Shown one piece after another: positions 31,930 through 42,717 of a DNA stretch of 64,000 nucleotides (positions within the stretch are counted from its first letter, which is position 1; the number at the start of each line of letters is the position of its first letter). Below the pieces are notes generated by a model. That model did not search any database and was not told where the DNA came from. It saw nothing but the letters and a program-made list of their open reading frames with translations. Origin of the DNA: Chthoniobacteraceae bacterium (lineage in GTDB: Bacteria > Verrucomicrobiota > Verrucomicrobiia > Chthoniobacterales > Chthoniobacteraceae). The translations under genes were made by a program, and so were the position numbers. The DNA lies in assembly GCA_037190965.1 (NCBI GenBank), contig JBBCKI010000048.1, positions 1 to 64,000 on the forward strand. The letters are read 5' to 3'.

Positions 31930-34800
31930 TTAGGCTACCCGCGATCCGCCATGCCGCTTCCTCCACCCTAGAAGCGCACCCGCTCCAAGGACGAACAACG
32001 CCCAGCTGCCGGGCTCGGGAATGACGGTGAACTCGCTATTGTGGTTGATAACAGCCCAGACCGTTCCTTTCGAAACGTCGATTCCGTAATACCCGAGAAT
32101 GAAGTCGCTACTGGCATTATAGGCCTTGTCCCCGAGGTTAGTGGCCGTTCCACCGATGTTGCCATCGACCGCGTTGACCCATAGGTTGGTTTCCGCATTC
32201 AACCAACCGAGGATGTTGCCGGCCGCAATATCGGCAACCGCGATTTCAAGGACGAATATATCCGTCTCGCCCGTGTTGCCATCAAGCACGGAAACCCCGC
32301 TCAGGTGAAACACGTTCCCGATGCGAATTTCATCGTTGATCGCCGCGGAGTTCGCGGAGAAGCTGCCATCCAGTGTCGTTGCCCCCGAGCTGGTACCCCC
32401 CGCAATCCTGGCCCCGGTGGTGACGCCGCCGATGGAGCCGGTGAGATTCATAGAATCCACAAGGCTTGCTCCGGAGCTAATGCCACGCCTGAAATTACCG
32501 TCCTCCAGGGTGACGTCATTATCAAAGTCAACGCCCGCCTGCACCGAAAGCGTGCCGCTCTTGACGGTGACCGCGCCTGTACCCAGAGCGTGATTGGCGC
32601 CGGCGACTACGCTACCCGCTTCGACGACAGTTCCTCCACTGTAGCTATTGCTAGCGCTCAGAGTCAGCGCCCCCGTCCCCTGCTTGGTCAGCCCTCCGCT
32701 TCCGCTAACGGACGCAGCGATGCCAATATCGGAGCCAAGTTCCGCCTGCACCGTAAGCGAGCCGCTCTTGAGAGTAACGTCGCCCGTGCCGAGGGCGTGA
32801 TTGGCGCTGACGATAATGTCACCCGCTTCGAGAACCGTTCCACCGCTATAGCTATTGCTGGCGCTCAGAGTCAGCGCCCCCGCCCCCTGCTTGGTCAGCG
32901 CTCCGCTTCCGCTCACCGATGAGGTAATGGCAATATCGGAGCCGACTCCCGCCTGTACCGTAAGAGTGCCACTCTTGAGGGTGATGTCGCCCGTACCGAG
33001 AGCATGATTGGCGCTGACGATAATATCACCCGCTTCGAGAACCGTTCCGCCACTGTAGCTATTACTGGCGCTCAGAGTCAGCGCCCCCGCCCCCTGCTTG
33101 GTCAGCGCTCCGCTTCCGCTCACCGATGAGGTGATGGCAATATCGAAGCCATTGCTATCGATGTAAGCTCCGCCATTCCCTATGGCGACTTCCCCGGCGG
33201 CAAAATTGGAGATAAAGGCGTTCGACGCGGCCCGGGCGCGAAGGACTCCGCCATCGAACGCAACGGAAGCCGTTCCTGCGCTGCTGCCCCTCTGGACCTG
33301 CGTCGCCTCCAGAACGGCTCGGTTGCCTGCGCTGCCGGAAAGCTTCAGGGTGCCATTACCGCTGGAAGTACCCGCGACAATAACCGCCTGCGCGTTGACC
33401 AAACCGCCGGAAAGATCCAGAGTTCCTTTACCTTTGCCGGCAACGGTCAGGCCGGATGTTGTGACGTTCAGAGTCCCGCTGGTAACCGATACGGTTCCGT
33501 CGCCGGTGTCTTCCAGCCCGATCGTCATTCCAGTCGTCGTGAGAAGGCCGCCTTCAACCGCCATGGAAGCAGTTCCCCTGGTCCCAACGGCCATGGTTCC
33601 CGAGGTCCACGTTCCCCCGGTTAGACTGACGTCGGCGTTGGCGCCCGCGTTAGTACCGAAAGTGGTGCTACCTGTCGTGACAACCCCGCCGCTCACCGTC
33701 ATTGACGCCGCTCCATTTTGCCCAATGTGAGAAAGAGCAGTGCTGAATGTACCGCTCGAGACGGTTATATTAGCACTACCCTCCGCTCTGGAAGCCGCGT
33801 AAAATACGCCCGTGTTGTTGAGAAAGGTGCCGCCGCTCACTTCCAAAGAGCCTGCGCCGAAGTTTCCGACGGTAAAATTTGCACTCGAAGTAAAGGTACC
33901 ACTACTAACGACCATCTTCCCCTCGTTCGCCCCAGCCGCAACAATAACGGCGCCGGTATTGCTAACGTACCCACCATTGATGGTCATTGTTCCTTTTCCC
34001 TGAGAACCGACTGTCATGCCCGAGGCTGAGGTCAAGGTGCCACTGGTGACGGTGACGGTACCGACACTAGTATTTGAAGAACCGATAACCAGAACATAGC
34101 TGGTAACAGTGCCTCCATTGATCGCCATCGAGCCGGTACCGCTTTTGCCCACAATCAAGTTGCCAGACATTGCCCATGTCCCACCGGTAACCGAAGCACT
34201 GCCGTTTGCACCGGCCAAACTTCCGAAATCGACCATATTGCTGGAAATGCGACCACCGCTCAAGCTGACTACGCCCTGCCCTCCGTAGCCAAGAAACGTA
34301 GAGCCAGTGGTAGTCCAGGTACCGCTCGTAACGGTTGCGGTACCGCTCCCCAAGGCATCATACCCCAAGTAAGAAGCAGCCCCAGACAGTTGGCCACCCG
34401 TGATCGATATGGTCCCCGCCCCCCCGGATGTGTTCCCGAGGTGAAGATAGCTGTAGTTTCCAGTAACACCGGTCGCAACCGAAGCAACGCCTTTGTTATT
34501 AATCATGGTCGTGCCGCTTGCCGTCGGCACGCTTCCGCCGTTCCAGTTCGAGCCTGTACCCCAGGAACCGCTACTTCCCGTCCACGTCTTCTGAGCATTG
34601 GCCGAAGGTTGGGCGAAGAGCAGGCCCGCTCCCACGATCGCCAGTGCGCCGACGTTTCTCGTAAGGCCACTAACCCATCTTCCCCGCACCGACACAATCG
34701 GGCGGTTTTCCGCCAAGCAAGCTGATGATCTGGAGTGAGCCTCCTCACTGAGCAAGGAAGAAAAGGTAACGCTGGAGCTTGGAAGGTTCTCTGTAGACAT
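31930..34800 (-). CDS. PEP-CTERM sorted surface protein (paralog 2)
   Basis: Colinear with paralog 1; 180-bp near-identical internal repeats; C-terminal VIPEPGSWALFVLGAGALLGWRKR. Confidence 0.9.
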   Translation of the reverse strand: MSTENLPSSSVTFSSLLSEEAHSRSSACLAENRPIVSVRGRWVSGLTRNVGALAIVGAGLLFAQPSANAQKTWTGSSGSWGTGSNWNGGSVPTASGTTMINNKGVASVATGVTGNYSYLHLGNTSGGAGTISITGGQLSGAASYLGYDALGSGTATVTSGTWTTTGSTFLGYGGQGVVSLSGGRISSNMVDFGSLAGANGSASVTGGTWAMSGNLIVGKSGTGSMAINGGTVTSYVLVIGSSNTSVGTVTVTSGTLTSASGMTVGSQGKGTMTINGGYVSNTGAVIVAAGANEGKMVVSSGTFTSSANFTVGNFGAGSLEVSGGTFLNNTGVFYAASRAEGSANITVSSGTFSTALSHIGQNGAASMTVSGGVVTTGSTTFGTNAGANADVSLTGGTWTSGTMAVGTRGTASMAVEGGLLTTTGMTIGLEDTGDGTVSVTSGTLNVTTSGLTVAGKGKGTLDLSGGLVNAQAVIVAGTSSGNGTLKLSGSAGNRAVLEATQVQRGSSAGTASVAFDGGVLRARAASNAFISNFAAGEVAIGNGGAYIDSNGFDIAITSSVSGSGALTKQGAGALTLSASNSYSGGTVLEAGDIIVSANHALGTGDITLKSGTLTVQAGVGSDIAITSSVSGSGALTKQGAGALTLSASNSYSGGTVLEAGDIIVSANHALGTGDVTLKSGSLTVQAELGSDIGIAASVSGSGGLTKQGTGALTLSASNSYSGGTVVEAGSVVAGANHALGTGAVTVKSGTLSVQAGVDFDNDVTLEDGNFRRGISSGASLVDSMNLTGSIGGVTTGARIAGGTSSGATTLDGSFSANSAAINDEIRIGNVFHLSGVSVLDGNTGETDIFVLEIAVADIAAGNILGWLNAETNLWVNAVDGNIGGTATNLGDKAYNASSDFILGYYGIDVSKGTVWAVINHNSEFTVIPEPGSWALFVLGAGALLGWRKRHGGSRVA

Positions 34801-34975
34801 AATGTGGTTAAGGGAGTTGGGCGATCGTCCGTGGCGTGCGACCACCTCTTTGAAAGAGGCCGTGCCAATCAGAAGATCAGCAGTCCATCGCCGCTTACAA
34901 AGATGATCTCAATGAAGCGCCCCCTTTTTACTTTGATTCAGCATCCCCCGACAGTCGGCGCATATCGTCATTTTT

Positions 34976-34995
34976 TTGTAGGACTTTTCCTACAA
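34976..34995. promoter_or_regulatory. Palindromic operator-like site upstream of paralog 2
   Basis: TTGTAGG-ACTTTT-CCTACAA at a similar distance from the start codon as the 31699 site. Confidence 0.6.
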
Positions 34996-35175
34996 GCCCG
35001 GATTAGTAGTGGCGAATGAGCACCCTGCGATGTGCGCTTTGGGAGAGGTGACCGCGGTCTGAGAGGGAGAGCCCCTCCGGTCCCACGCCGGTATTCGACG
35101 AAATAAAGAGAGCCGCCCGGATTAAAATCCAGACGGCTCCTTTTGATCGGAATTTGCGGAGAGGCACCCGGGGGC

Positions 35176-35800
35176 CTATGAGGCCTTTACGATAGACCAC
35201 CGCTGACGAAGGCCAAGGAATATGGCTCCTCCAAAGAAAAGCAGCGCCAAGGCACCCGGCTCGGGGATCGCGGCAAAGTCGCTGTTGTGGTTGATAACCG
35301 CCCAAACCGTTCCGTTCGAAGATTGACTCCGTAATACCCAGTTAGTACCCAGTTAGTACCCAGCTAGTACCCAGTTAGTACCCAGCGTTACCGAGCTTGC
35401 TGAGATAGCTCCGCCACTTACCGTCATCGTGGCGCTCCCCGAGTTTGCCACGTAGAGGGTGGTAGCGCTGAAGGAGCCGCTTGTGACCGCGATGTCCGCA
35501 ACACTGTTCGCCTTGGCGCCTGCGTACATGATGCCGGCGGCAAAGGTTCCGCCGCTCACTTCCAATGAGCCCTTGCCGGAATCGGCGAGGTAGACGATTT
35601 GGTTGATGCTAAAGGTGCCGCTGCTTACAGCCAGCCTCCCCGAGCCGCTCGTTGTGGTTCCAACATAAATGGAACCGGTAGAGGAAACATATCCCCCATT
35701 GACGGTAAGTGCCCCTTTTCCATAATCGCCGATCGTTATGCACCTTCGAGCTCAAGGTGCCGCTCTTAACAGTCACTGTACCGGTACTATTATCCCTGCC
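35176..35800 (-). pseudogene. Collapsed third PEP-CTERM paralog
   Basis: Internal fragment (GKGALTVNGGYVSSTGSIYVG..SLEVSGGTF) fused to a frameshifted tail (GYYGVN/SNGTVWAVINHNSDFAAIPEPGALALLFFGG..*); no start, large internal deletion. Confidence 0.85.
35335..35385. repeat. 11-bp tandem repeat, about 4.6 copies
   Basis: TACCCAGTTAG x2, TACCCAGCTAG, TACCCAGTTAG, TACCCAG. Confidence 0.9.
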
Positions 35801-35819
35801 GCCGAGAAAGAAAGAAATA

Positions 35820-35855
35820 AAGGGGCCGCCCGGACCAAAGTCCGAACGACCCCTT
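35820..35855 (-). terminator. Intrinsic terminator after ppdK
   Basis: AAGGGGCCGCCCGGAC-CAAA-GTCCGAACGACCCCTT; pairs with G-U on the minus strand and is followed by T-rich sequence. Confidence 0.75.
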
Positions 35856-35906
35856 CTGATGGGAATCTTAGCTAGTCTGTAGCCTGGTTACATTCCCGCT
35901 GGATCA

Positions 35907-38900
35907 CTAGGCAAGTGCCGCCTGGGCTGCCGCGAGGCGCGCGACGGGCACACGGTAAGGCGAGCAGCTCACGTAGGTGAGGCCCAGCTTGTGGCAGAAC
36001 TTGACGGAATCGGGATCGCCGCCATGTTCGCCGCAGATGCCCAGCTTGATGCCGGGGCGGGCCTTGCGGCCCTTCTCGGAGGCGATCTCCATGAGCTGGC
36101 CGACGCCGGTCTGGTCGATCGTGGCGAAGGGGTTCTTCTTCACGATTTCCAGTTCCGCATAGTGCGGCAGGAACGAGCCCGAGTCGTCGCGGCTCATGCC
36201 CAGCGCGGTCTGCGTGAGGTCGTTGGTGCCGAAGCTGAAGAACTCGGCGGTCCCGGCGATTTCGTCCGCCGTGAGCGCGCCACGAGGCACTTCGATCATC
36301 GTACCGACGAGGTACTTGATCTTCACCTTCTGTTCCTTCTGCACTTCGTCAGCCACGCGGCGGACGATCTCCACCTGAATATCGAGCTCCTTCTTGAAGC
36401 CGACGAGCGGGATCATCACCTCGGGGTTCACCTTCACGCCGCTCTTCTGCACTTCGGCGGCGGCCTCGAAGATGGCGCGCGCCTGCATCTCGGTGATCTC
36501 GGGGAACGAGATCCCAAGACGGCAGCCACGGTGGCCGAGCATCGGGTTCATTTCATGCAGCTCGTGAACGCGCTTGGCGATCTTCTCGGCGGGCACTCCC
36601 AGCTTCTCGGCCAGCGCGCTCTGGGCGGCGTGGTCGTTGGGCAGGAATTCATGCAAGGGCGGATCGAGCAGGCGGATCGTGGCAGGCAGGCCTTTGAGCG
36701 CCTTGAAGATGCCCACGAAGTCGCCCTTCTGGAACGGCAGGAGGCGTTTGACCGCCGCCTTCCGGTCGTCGTCCTTGTCGGCGAGGATCATCTCGCGGAC
36801 CACGTCGATGCGCTCGCCCTCGAAGAACATGTGCTCCGTGCGGGTGAGGCCGATGCCGCTCGCGCCGAAGGCGATTGCGTTCTCGACCTGTTCCGGCGTG
36901 TCGGCGTTCGTGCGGACCTGGAGCTTGGTGGCTTTCGCGCACCAGTCCATGAGCTGGACGAAGTTCTTGTAGGTGCCGCCCTTCTTGGCAATGGCGTCGT
37001 TCTCGATGAGGCCCTGGATGACTTCCGAGGCCGCCGTCTTGAGTTCGCCGGCGTAAACCGCGCCGCTGGTGCCGTCGATGGAGAGGTAGTCCTCGCCTTC
37101 GCGGAACACCTGGCCGTCCACGGTCATTGTCCGGGCAGTGTAGTCGACCACGATGGCCGCAGCGCCGCAGACGCAGACTTTGCCCATCTGACGGGCGACG
37201 AGCGCCGCGTGCGAGGAGACCCCGCCGCGAGCGGTGAGGATGCCTTCGGCGGCGATCATGCCACGGAGATCTTCCGGGGAAGTCTCCACGCGAACGAGGA
37301 GCACTTTCTCGCCCTTGGCCGCAGCGGCAGCCGCGCGGTCGGCGTTCACATAGATCTTGCCGGTGGCCGCGCCCGGGCCCGCAGGCAGGCCGGTGGCGAT
37401 CACCTTGCTGTTCTTGACGGCGGTGCGATCGAAGATCGGCGCGAGCACCTGCTCAAGCTGGTCAGCCGGGACGCGATGCACGGCGGTCTTCCAGTCGATG
37501 AGCTTCTCCTTGACCATCTCGACAGCGAAGCGGACGGCGGCGACGCCGGTGCGCTTTCCGTTGCGGGTCTGGAGCATGAAGACAGTGCCGTCCTGAATGG
37601 TGAACTCGAAGTCCTGCACGTCCTTGAAGTGGGTCTCCAAGGTCTTGCGGATGCGGTCGAGCTCGGCGTAAGCCTTCGGGAGCTGCTTCTTAAGGTCGGC
37701 GACGGGCTCCGGCGTGCGAACGCCCGCCACCACGTCTTCGCCCTGCGCGTTGATGAGGAATTCTCCGTAGAACACCTTCTCGCCGGTGGCCGGGTCACGC
37801 GTGAAGGCGACGCCGGAACCGGAGTTTTCGCCGGTGTTGCCGAACACCATCGCCTGCACGTTGACGGCCGTGCCCCACTCGTGCGGGATGCCGTACTTGC
37901 GGCGGTAGACGATCGCGCGATCGTTCATCCAGGAGCCGAACACGGCACCCACCGCGCCCTTGAGCTGCGCCCACGGGTCGTTCGGGAAGTCCTTGCCGGT
38001 ACGCTCCTTAACGAGCTTCTTGAATCGGGCGACGAGTTCGCGGAAGTCGTCGGCGCTCAGCTGCGCGTCGGAGAGTTCGTGGTTGCCGTAGCGTTCGTCC
38101 TTAAGGTGCTCGATCACCGTTTCGAACGGTTCGTGATCTTCGCTCGGGAGCTTCTGCACGCCGAGAACGACGTCGCCGTACATCTGGATGAACCGGCGGT
38201 AGCAATCCCAGGCGAAACGCTCGTTCTTGGTGGCGGCGGCAACCGCCTGCACCGTCTCGTCATTGAGACCGAGGTTGAGAATCGTGTCCATCATGCCGGG
38301 CATCGAATCGCGCGCGCCGGAGCGGACAGCGACGAGCAGCGGCATCTTGGAGGTGTCGCCGAACTTCGTCCCCATGATCTTCTCCATGTTCTTGACGCCG
38401 GCTTCCACCTGCCCCTGGAGTTCCTGGGGATAGGTGCGCTTGTTGTCGTAGAAATAGGTGCAGACTTCCGTGGTGATGGTGAACCCGGGAGGCACCGGCA
38501 GGTTGATGCGGGTCATCTCGGCGAGGTTCGCGCCCTTGCCGCCGAGCAGCGCCTTCATCGTTCCGTTCCCGTCGGCCTTGCCTGCGCCCCAGGTGTAAAC
38601 GTACTTATTCTTGCGGGCAGTCGGCTTGGCTGCTGGCTTGGCGACCGGCTTGGCGGCTTTGACCGCTTTGACTGCCTTGGTAGCTGGCTTCACGGCTTTG
38701 GCTGCGGGCTTGGCTGCTGGCTTCACAGGCTTGACTGCCTTTACCGCTTTGACAGCCTTCACCGGCTTCACGGCCTTCGCCGCTTTGGCGGCCGGAGCTT
38801 TTTTGGCGGGAGCCGCTTTGGCGGCCGGTTTCACAGCCTTTGCTGGTGCCGCCTTCTTCGAGGCGACCTTCTTGGGAGCCGCCTTAAGAGCCTTCACGGC

Positions 38901-38930
38901 CTTAGGGGCTGACTTCGTTTTTTTGGGCAT
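35907..38930 (-). CDS. ppdK: Pyruvate phosphate dikinase with ~105-aa Lys/Ala/Pro-rich N-terminal extension
   Basis: [62 protein letters not shown]. Confidence 0.97.
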   Translation of the reverse strand: MPKKTKSAPKAVKALKAAPKKVASKKAAPAKAVKPAAKAAPAKKAPAAKAAKAVKPVKAVKAVKAVKPVKPAAKPAAKAVKPATKAVKAVKAAKPVAKPAAKPTARKNKYVYTWGAGKADGNGTMKALLGGKGANLAEMTRINLPVPPGFTITTEVCTYFYDNKRTYPQELQGQVEAGVKNMEKIMGTKFGDTSKMPLLVAVRSGARDSMPGMMDTILNLGLNDETVQAVAAATKNERFAWDCYRRFIQMYGDVVLGVQKLPSEDHEPFETVIEHLKDERYGNHELSDAQLSADDFRELVARFKKLVKERTGKDFPNDPWAQLKGAVGAVFGSWMNDRAIVYRRKYGIPHEWGTAVNVQAMVFGNTGENSGSGVAFTRDPATGEKVFYGEFLINAQGEDVVAGVRTPEPVADLKKQLPKAYAELDRIRKTLETHFKDVQDFEFTIQDGTVFMLQTRNGKRTGVAAVRFAVEMVKEKLIDWKTAVHRVPADQLEQVLAPIFDRTAVKNSKVIATGLPAGPGAATGKIYVNADRAAAAAAKGEKVLLVRVETSPEDLRGMIAAEGILTARGGVSSHAALVARQMGKVCVCGAAAIVVDYTARTMTVDGQVFREGEDYLSIDGTSGAVYAGELKTAASEVIQGLIENDAIAKKGGTYKNFVQLMDWCAKATKLQVRTNADTPEQVENAIAFGASGIGLTRTEHMFFEGERIDVVREMILADKDDDRKAAVKRLLPFQKGDFVGIFKALKGLPATIRLLDPPLHEFLPNDHAAQSALAEKLGVPAEKIAKRVHELHEMNPMLGHRGCRLGISFPEITEMQARAIFEAAAEVQKSGVKVNPEVMIPLVGFKKELDIQVEIVRRVADEVQKEQKVKIKYLVGTMIEVPRGALTADEIAGTAEFFSFGTNDLTQTALGMSRDDSGSFLPHYAELEIVKKNPFATIDQTGVGQLMEIASEKGRKARPGIKLGICGEHGGDPDSVKFCHKLGLTYVSCSPYRVPVARLAAAQAALA

Positions 38931-38963
38931 AATATTTCGTGGTTTCGAGGGTCCGGCCTTTGT

Positions 38964-39176
38964 CTAAGCCGGTGTGAGATTTTGTGCTTCCGTCAGCACT
39001 TTGGTGATGGCTCCGGTAAAGTCGCCAATCCCCGTGCTGGGGATGATGATGGTGTTGCGCCTTCCATGCGCTTCTTCGCAGATCCGCAAAAATTGTCCGC
39101 GATCATTCTCGCGGAACTCGACGGTAAGATGCTTCCGTTCAACCTGAAATTCTTGTTTGGCGATAACGTGGTCCAT
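38964..39176 (-). CDS. Single PUR-repeat (PurA-like) ssDNA/RNA-binding protein
   Basis: VERKHLTVEFRENDRGQFLRICEEAHGRRNTIIIP resembles the PUR repeat. Confidence 0.75.
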   Translation of the reverse strand: MDHVIAKQEFQVERKHLTVEFRENDRGQFLRICEEAHGRRNTIIIPSTGIGDFTGAITKVLTEAQNLTPA

Positions 39177-39411
39177 GAAAAAGCTCTACATCCGGGGAGA
39201 ACCAATCATCTCGTTTCGGGAAAAGTCGCCGCGCCATTCTTCCGCCGACCGGGAAGGGGTTTATCGAAATGTTGATTTGACAAAGAGAGCACGGGAAAGC
39301 CGCGAACTTTCTCACAGTTCACGAGAACCGTAAACAAGGAAAAATCGATGGCTGAGTTGTGCGGGATTGTGCGGGACGGCCAGGCGCCAAGCCAGACCGC
39401 AAGCCGCTTAG

Positions 39412-42400
39412 TCATCGTTGCGAGGGGGCGTCTTCGAAATAAATGGCCGCCTCGTCTTCTCCCGGCATGACGTAGAGGGATTTGTGACCACCGACGATTT
39501 CCTTTCCGTGGGGATAACGAACCATGAGAAAGACTTGCTGTGCAGGAGCATCGACAAACTCGAACCGGCCTTCCTGATCGGTCGTGAGTTCAGGGCTCGA
39601 AACTCCACTATTGTCGATGGTCCAGTTCAACCGGACGCCGGGGATTCCCGCCCCGGTGGATTTATCGAGGATCCGCCCGGCAACCCGCTTTCCATTTTTG
39701 AGGACCACCGGCTTCCCGCTCGAAAATTCAACCGGCGTTTCAGCGCGAAGATAACCGCCGCTCTCCGGTCGAAGAAAGAAGCGTTCCCCCGGTTCATCGC
39801 CTCCGACCCACAATGTGACGCGGCCACTGGCATCCGTTTGAAGGGAATGATCGCCCGCGATCCGCTCAAAACCATCCTTGAAGATCGATGTTGAAAGGCT
39901 GATCCCCGAGGCCGGTCGCCCGTCTTCACCCACCACAAGGATCTCGTACTTTCTTGGCTCGGGCAGCGTCAGAATGACATCGCTGACGGGATTGCGGGCA
40001 TTGATTCTGACAGGCTGGCTGATGACGAAACGGTTCCAGCAAGAAGCGACGACCTGATAACCCCTTCCACCAAACTCGATCGGTTTGGAAAGATACCATT
40101 CCCTCGCATCCTCCGGAGATGCCCCGTTCTTGATCTCGATGCGGTCCCACTCGCTGTCCCCTTTCCGTCGCCCCCAGACAAAGACGGATTGCGCCAGCTC
40201 TCCATTTTTCTCCAGAACTTTCACCCGTATCATTCCTGCGGGCTTAACGGGAATCGTCAGAACGGTGGGGTCTGTCGTGGCCTGATACTCGGCTTTTTCA
40301 TCAATCTTGCCCCCAAGCAACGTTGAATTGTTCAGCCGAAAGAGAGCAGTCCCCGGAAGCTCGAATTCCGCCTTACCCTCTTTGATGGGCACGTCAAAAC
40401 CTCTCCACGCTTCCGTCTTTCCCGGCAGTGCCCAGTTGAGCCAGAAACTTCCCGTGGGGGCCGCGCCGCCTCGTCCGGTATCCAGATTGAGAACGACCTT
40501 CACCTTCGCGGGCGGCTTGATTTTTGCATAGTCGATCGTGAACTCCGTGGTTTCTGCACTGAGTTCAGGCGAGTGACTCCAAAGGCCCAACATATAAATA
40601 TCCACTGGCAAGGGGCGGAGCCCGCGCAGTTCAACCTCAGCGATACCCTCGGCGATGGGCATTGTCACACGCGCTGAATCTGAGCCGTTCTCGGACGTTC
40701 TTTGACCATACTGAACCGTGATCTCCTTTTCGGGAACGTCCAGATTGATGATCTTGAGTTTCAACCGCCGCTCGCGAGGCAATCGCAACGTCAGGCTGTT
40801 TTCCTTGCCGGGGCTGATCCGAAATAGCGCCCCACGACGGAATGACGCGCCCGTCTCGTCGCGGATCGAAGCTTCCGCCTGCATTCCATAAATCACTTTC
40901 GGATCCAGCCCATCCAGCGTCGCCTGCCCCCCGGCATCGGTCCGCAATCCAGTGTAGTTCCATTTTGGCCATGCGAGCCCGGCGTTATTGGGCCACGCCT
41001 CGTTGATCCGAAGAGTAACGTCCTTGAGAGGAGTCCCGTCGAGTTCGTCGATGACGGTCAGCACAAATGGCGCTGTTCTTTTAAGCGCAAACTGAGGCGG
41101 TTCTGTTTGCGACCTCACCAGAAATCTCTCAATGCGGGCCGTCTGGTATCCCGGCGCGGAGATGCGAAGCTCTCCGAACCAGCGTTCGGGTTGATGCTTG
41201 AAATGAGCAAGGCCGTCAGCGTCAGTCGTCGAGCGCTGCTCCGAAATGCTCCATCCATAAGAGATCGCCACTTCCGCGCCGTGAATCGGCCTCGACTCCG
41301 TATCCACACAACGCACCGCATAAACGATGCCGCGTTTGAGCACGACGGAAACATTCTCCGACGATCTTGTCAGTTCAAAGATTTCCGACGCGAACGCAAA
41401 TTCCTCGGCTGTGACATAGAACCGCAGCAATCCATTGGGCAGCTCACCCTCGAACCTTCCATCGGCCAGGGTTTCTCCACGCGCGGTGGTCGAATTCGAG
41501 ACGGGAAGCATTCTCCAAACGGCGCGCGGCACCGGTTTTCCCATCTCGTCCACGATGGTGCCGGAGAAGCGACGCATTTCCTGCCGCTCTTGCGAAGGAT
41601 TTTGATAAACCCCGATCTGCCGCATGAACGGAGCCGCAAGGCGCTGAATCATCTCCACGCGCTCCTTGGCGGTTAACTGCTTGACGGCGAACCGCACGCC
41701 CTGCCCTGCCGCCACGAAAAACAGCGCCACGAGACAGGCGACGGCTCCCGCGCCGAGCCAACCCGCCGGAGTGCGTGGAATATGGCCCGGGTTCAGAAGC
41801 CGCATCACCCGGTCGCGCAACCCGCTCCGCGACTTCTTTCCATCTCCGCTTATCGCCATTGCGGCCCCGACAGCCTCTCCTCCGGCGTTGCGAGTCCACC
41901 AGATCAGCGCCTCTGCATAAACGGCGGGATCGCTGCAAAAATGACTAGCCATCGCATCGCAGCAGGCTTCCCGTTCGCGACGCACGGTTCGATTGAGCGC
42001 CCAGACGAAAGGGTTGAAGAAGAGCAATGCCTCGGTGCCCATTTGCAGCAGGTTGATCAGGAGATCCCACCGGACCACATGCGCCACTTCGTGCGCCAAC
42101 GCCGCGCGCAACACCTCGGGAGAAACGCCCGTCACAAGAGAGGCAGGCAACAGAATGACAGGCCGCGCTATTCCAACGACCACGGGAGAAAGAACGCGGT
42201 GGCAGGTTTTGAGCCGGATCGTCATCCGCGTTCCATAAGCCGCACAGACCTTGTCCAATTCCATGACCCAATCCGGATCTTTCACCAGCCTGGCTTCCCG
42301 GTGGAATTTCCGCGCGGAAGCAACCGAAGTGGCAATCCGCCAAAAGCCGATCGCCACGCCCGCCTGCCACACCATCAATAACCCGCTTTGCCACGGAAAG

Positions 42401-42717
42401 GCGGTGCGAGATACGGATAGGGACGAAACGGATGCGGGTTGGACCGTCGCCTGCAAGTCCGCATGAATACCGCCGGAAGCGTTCAAAGCGGGCGACTCCC
42501 TTTTCAATTCAGATTTCCGTTCTTGGGCAACTTCCCTTTCCAACAAAGTCCAAGTCGCAAACCATGCGGTCGTCACCAGGCAAACCGCTCCAAGTGCCAA
42601 CCGGTATCGCGCATTCGAGGCTCGCGCCGGAATGAATCGAAGAAGAAAAAATACAACCAGCCATGCCAATCCGCCCTGCCAGATCGAATGCAGCAATGAC
42701 GCGGATAGCGGATTCAT
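39412..42717 (-). CDS. BlaR1/M56 family membrane metallopeptidase with repeated carboxypeptidase-regulatory-like extracellular domains
   Basis: LLHSIWQG, ALAHEVAH (HExxH), FFNPFVW, EACCD; repeated G.PV.GA / TDADG motifs. Confidence 0.9.
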   Translation of the reverse strand: MNPLSASLLHSIWQGGLAWLVVFFLLRFIPARASNARYRLALGAVCLVTTAWFATWTLLEREVAQERKSELKRESPALNASGGIHADLQATVQPASVSSLSVSRTAFPWQSGLLMVWQAGVAIGFWRIATSVASARKFHREARLVKDPDWVMELDKVCAAYGTRMTIRLKTCHRVLSPVVVGIARPVILLPASLVTGVSPEVLRAALAHEVAHVVRWDLLINLLQMGTEALLFFNPFVWALNRTVRREREACCDAMASHFCSDPAVYAEALIWWTRNAGGEAVGAAMAISGDGKKSRSGLRDRVMRLLNPGHIPRTPAGWLGAGAVACLVALFFVAAGQGVRFAVKQLTAKERVEMIQRLAAPFMRQIGVYQNPSQERQEMRRFSGTIVDEMGKPVPRAVWRMLPVSNSTTARGETLADGRFEGELPNGLLRFYVTAEEFAFASEIFELTRSSENVSVVLKRGIVYAVRCVDTESRPIHGAEVAISYGWSISEQRSTTDADGLAHFKHQPERWFGELRISAPGYQTARIERFLVRSQTEPPQFALKRTAPFVLTVIDELDGTPLKDVTLRINEAWPNNAGLAWPKWNYTGLRTDAGGQATLDGLDPKVIYGMQAEASIRDETGASFRRGALFRISPGKENSLTLRLPRERRLKLKIINLDVPEKEITVQYGQRTSENGSDSARVTMPIAEGIAEVELRGLRPLPVDIYMLGLWSHSPELSAETTEFTIDYAKIKPPAKVKVVLNLDTGRGGAAPTGSFWLNWALPGKTEAWRGFDVPIKEGKAEFELPGTALFRLNNSTLLGGKIDEKAEYQATTDPTVLTIPVKPAGMIRVKVLEKNGELAQSVFVWGRRKGDSEWDRIEIKNGASPEDAREWYLSKPIEFGGRGYQVVASCWNRFVISQPVRINARNPVSDVILTLPEPRKYEILVVGEDGRPASGISLSTSIFKDGFERIAGDHSLQTDASGRVTLWVGGDEPGERFFLRPESGGYLRAETPVEFSSGKPVVLKNGKRVAGRILDKSTGAGIPGVRLNWTIDNSGVSSPELTTDQEGRFEFVDAPAQQVFLMVRYPHGKEIVGGHKSLYVMPGEDEAAIYFEDAPSQR

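Noticed and set aside
35335..35385. Possible CRISPR array
   Set aside because: 11-bp head-to-tail repeats without spacers; no cas genes in the window
35991..38912. 973-aa + strand ORF
   Set aside because: Antisense shadow of ppdK
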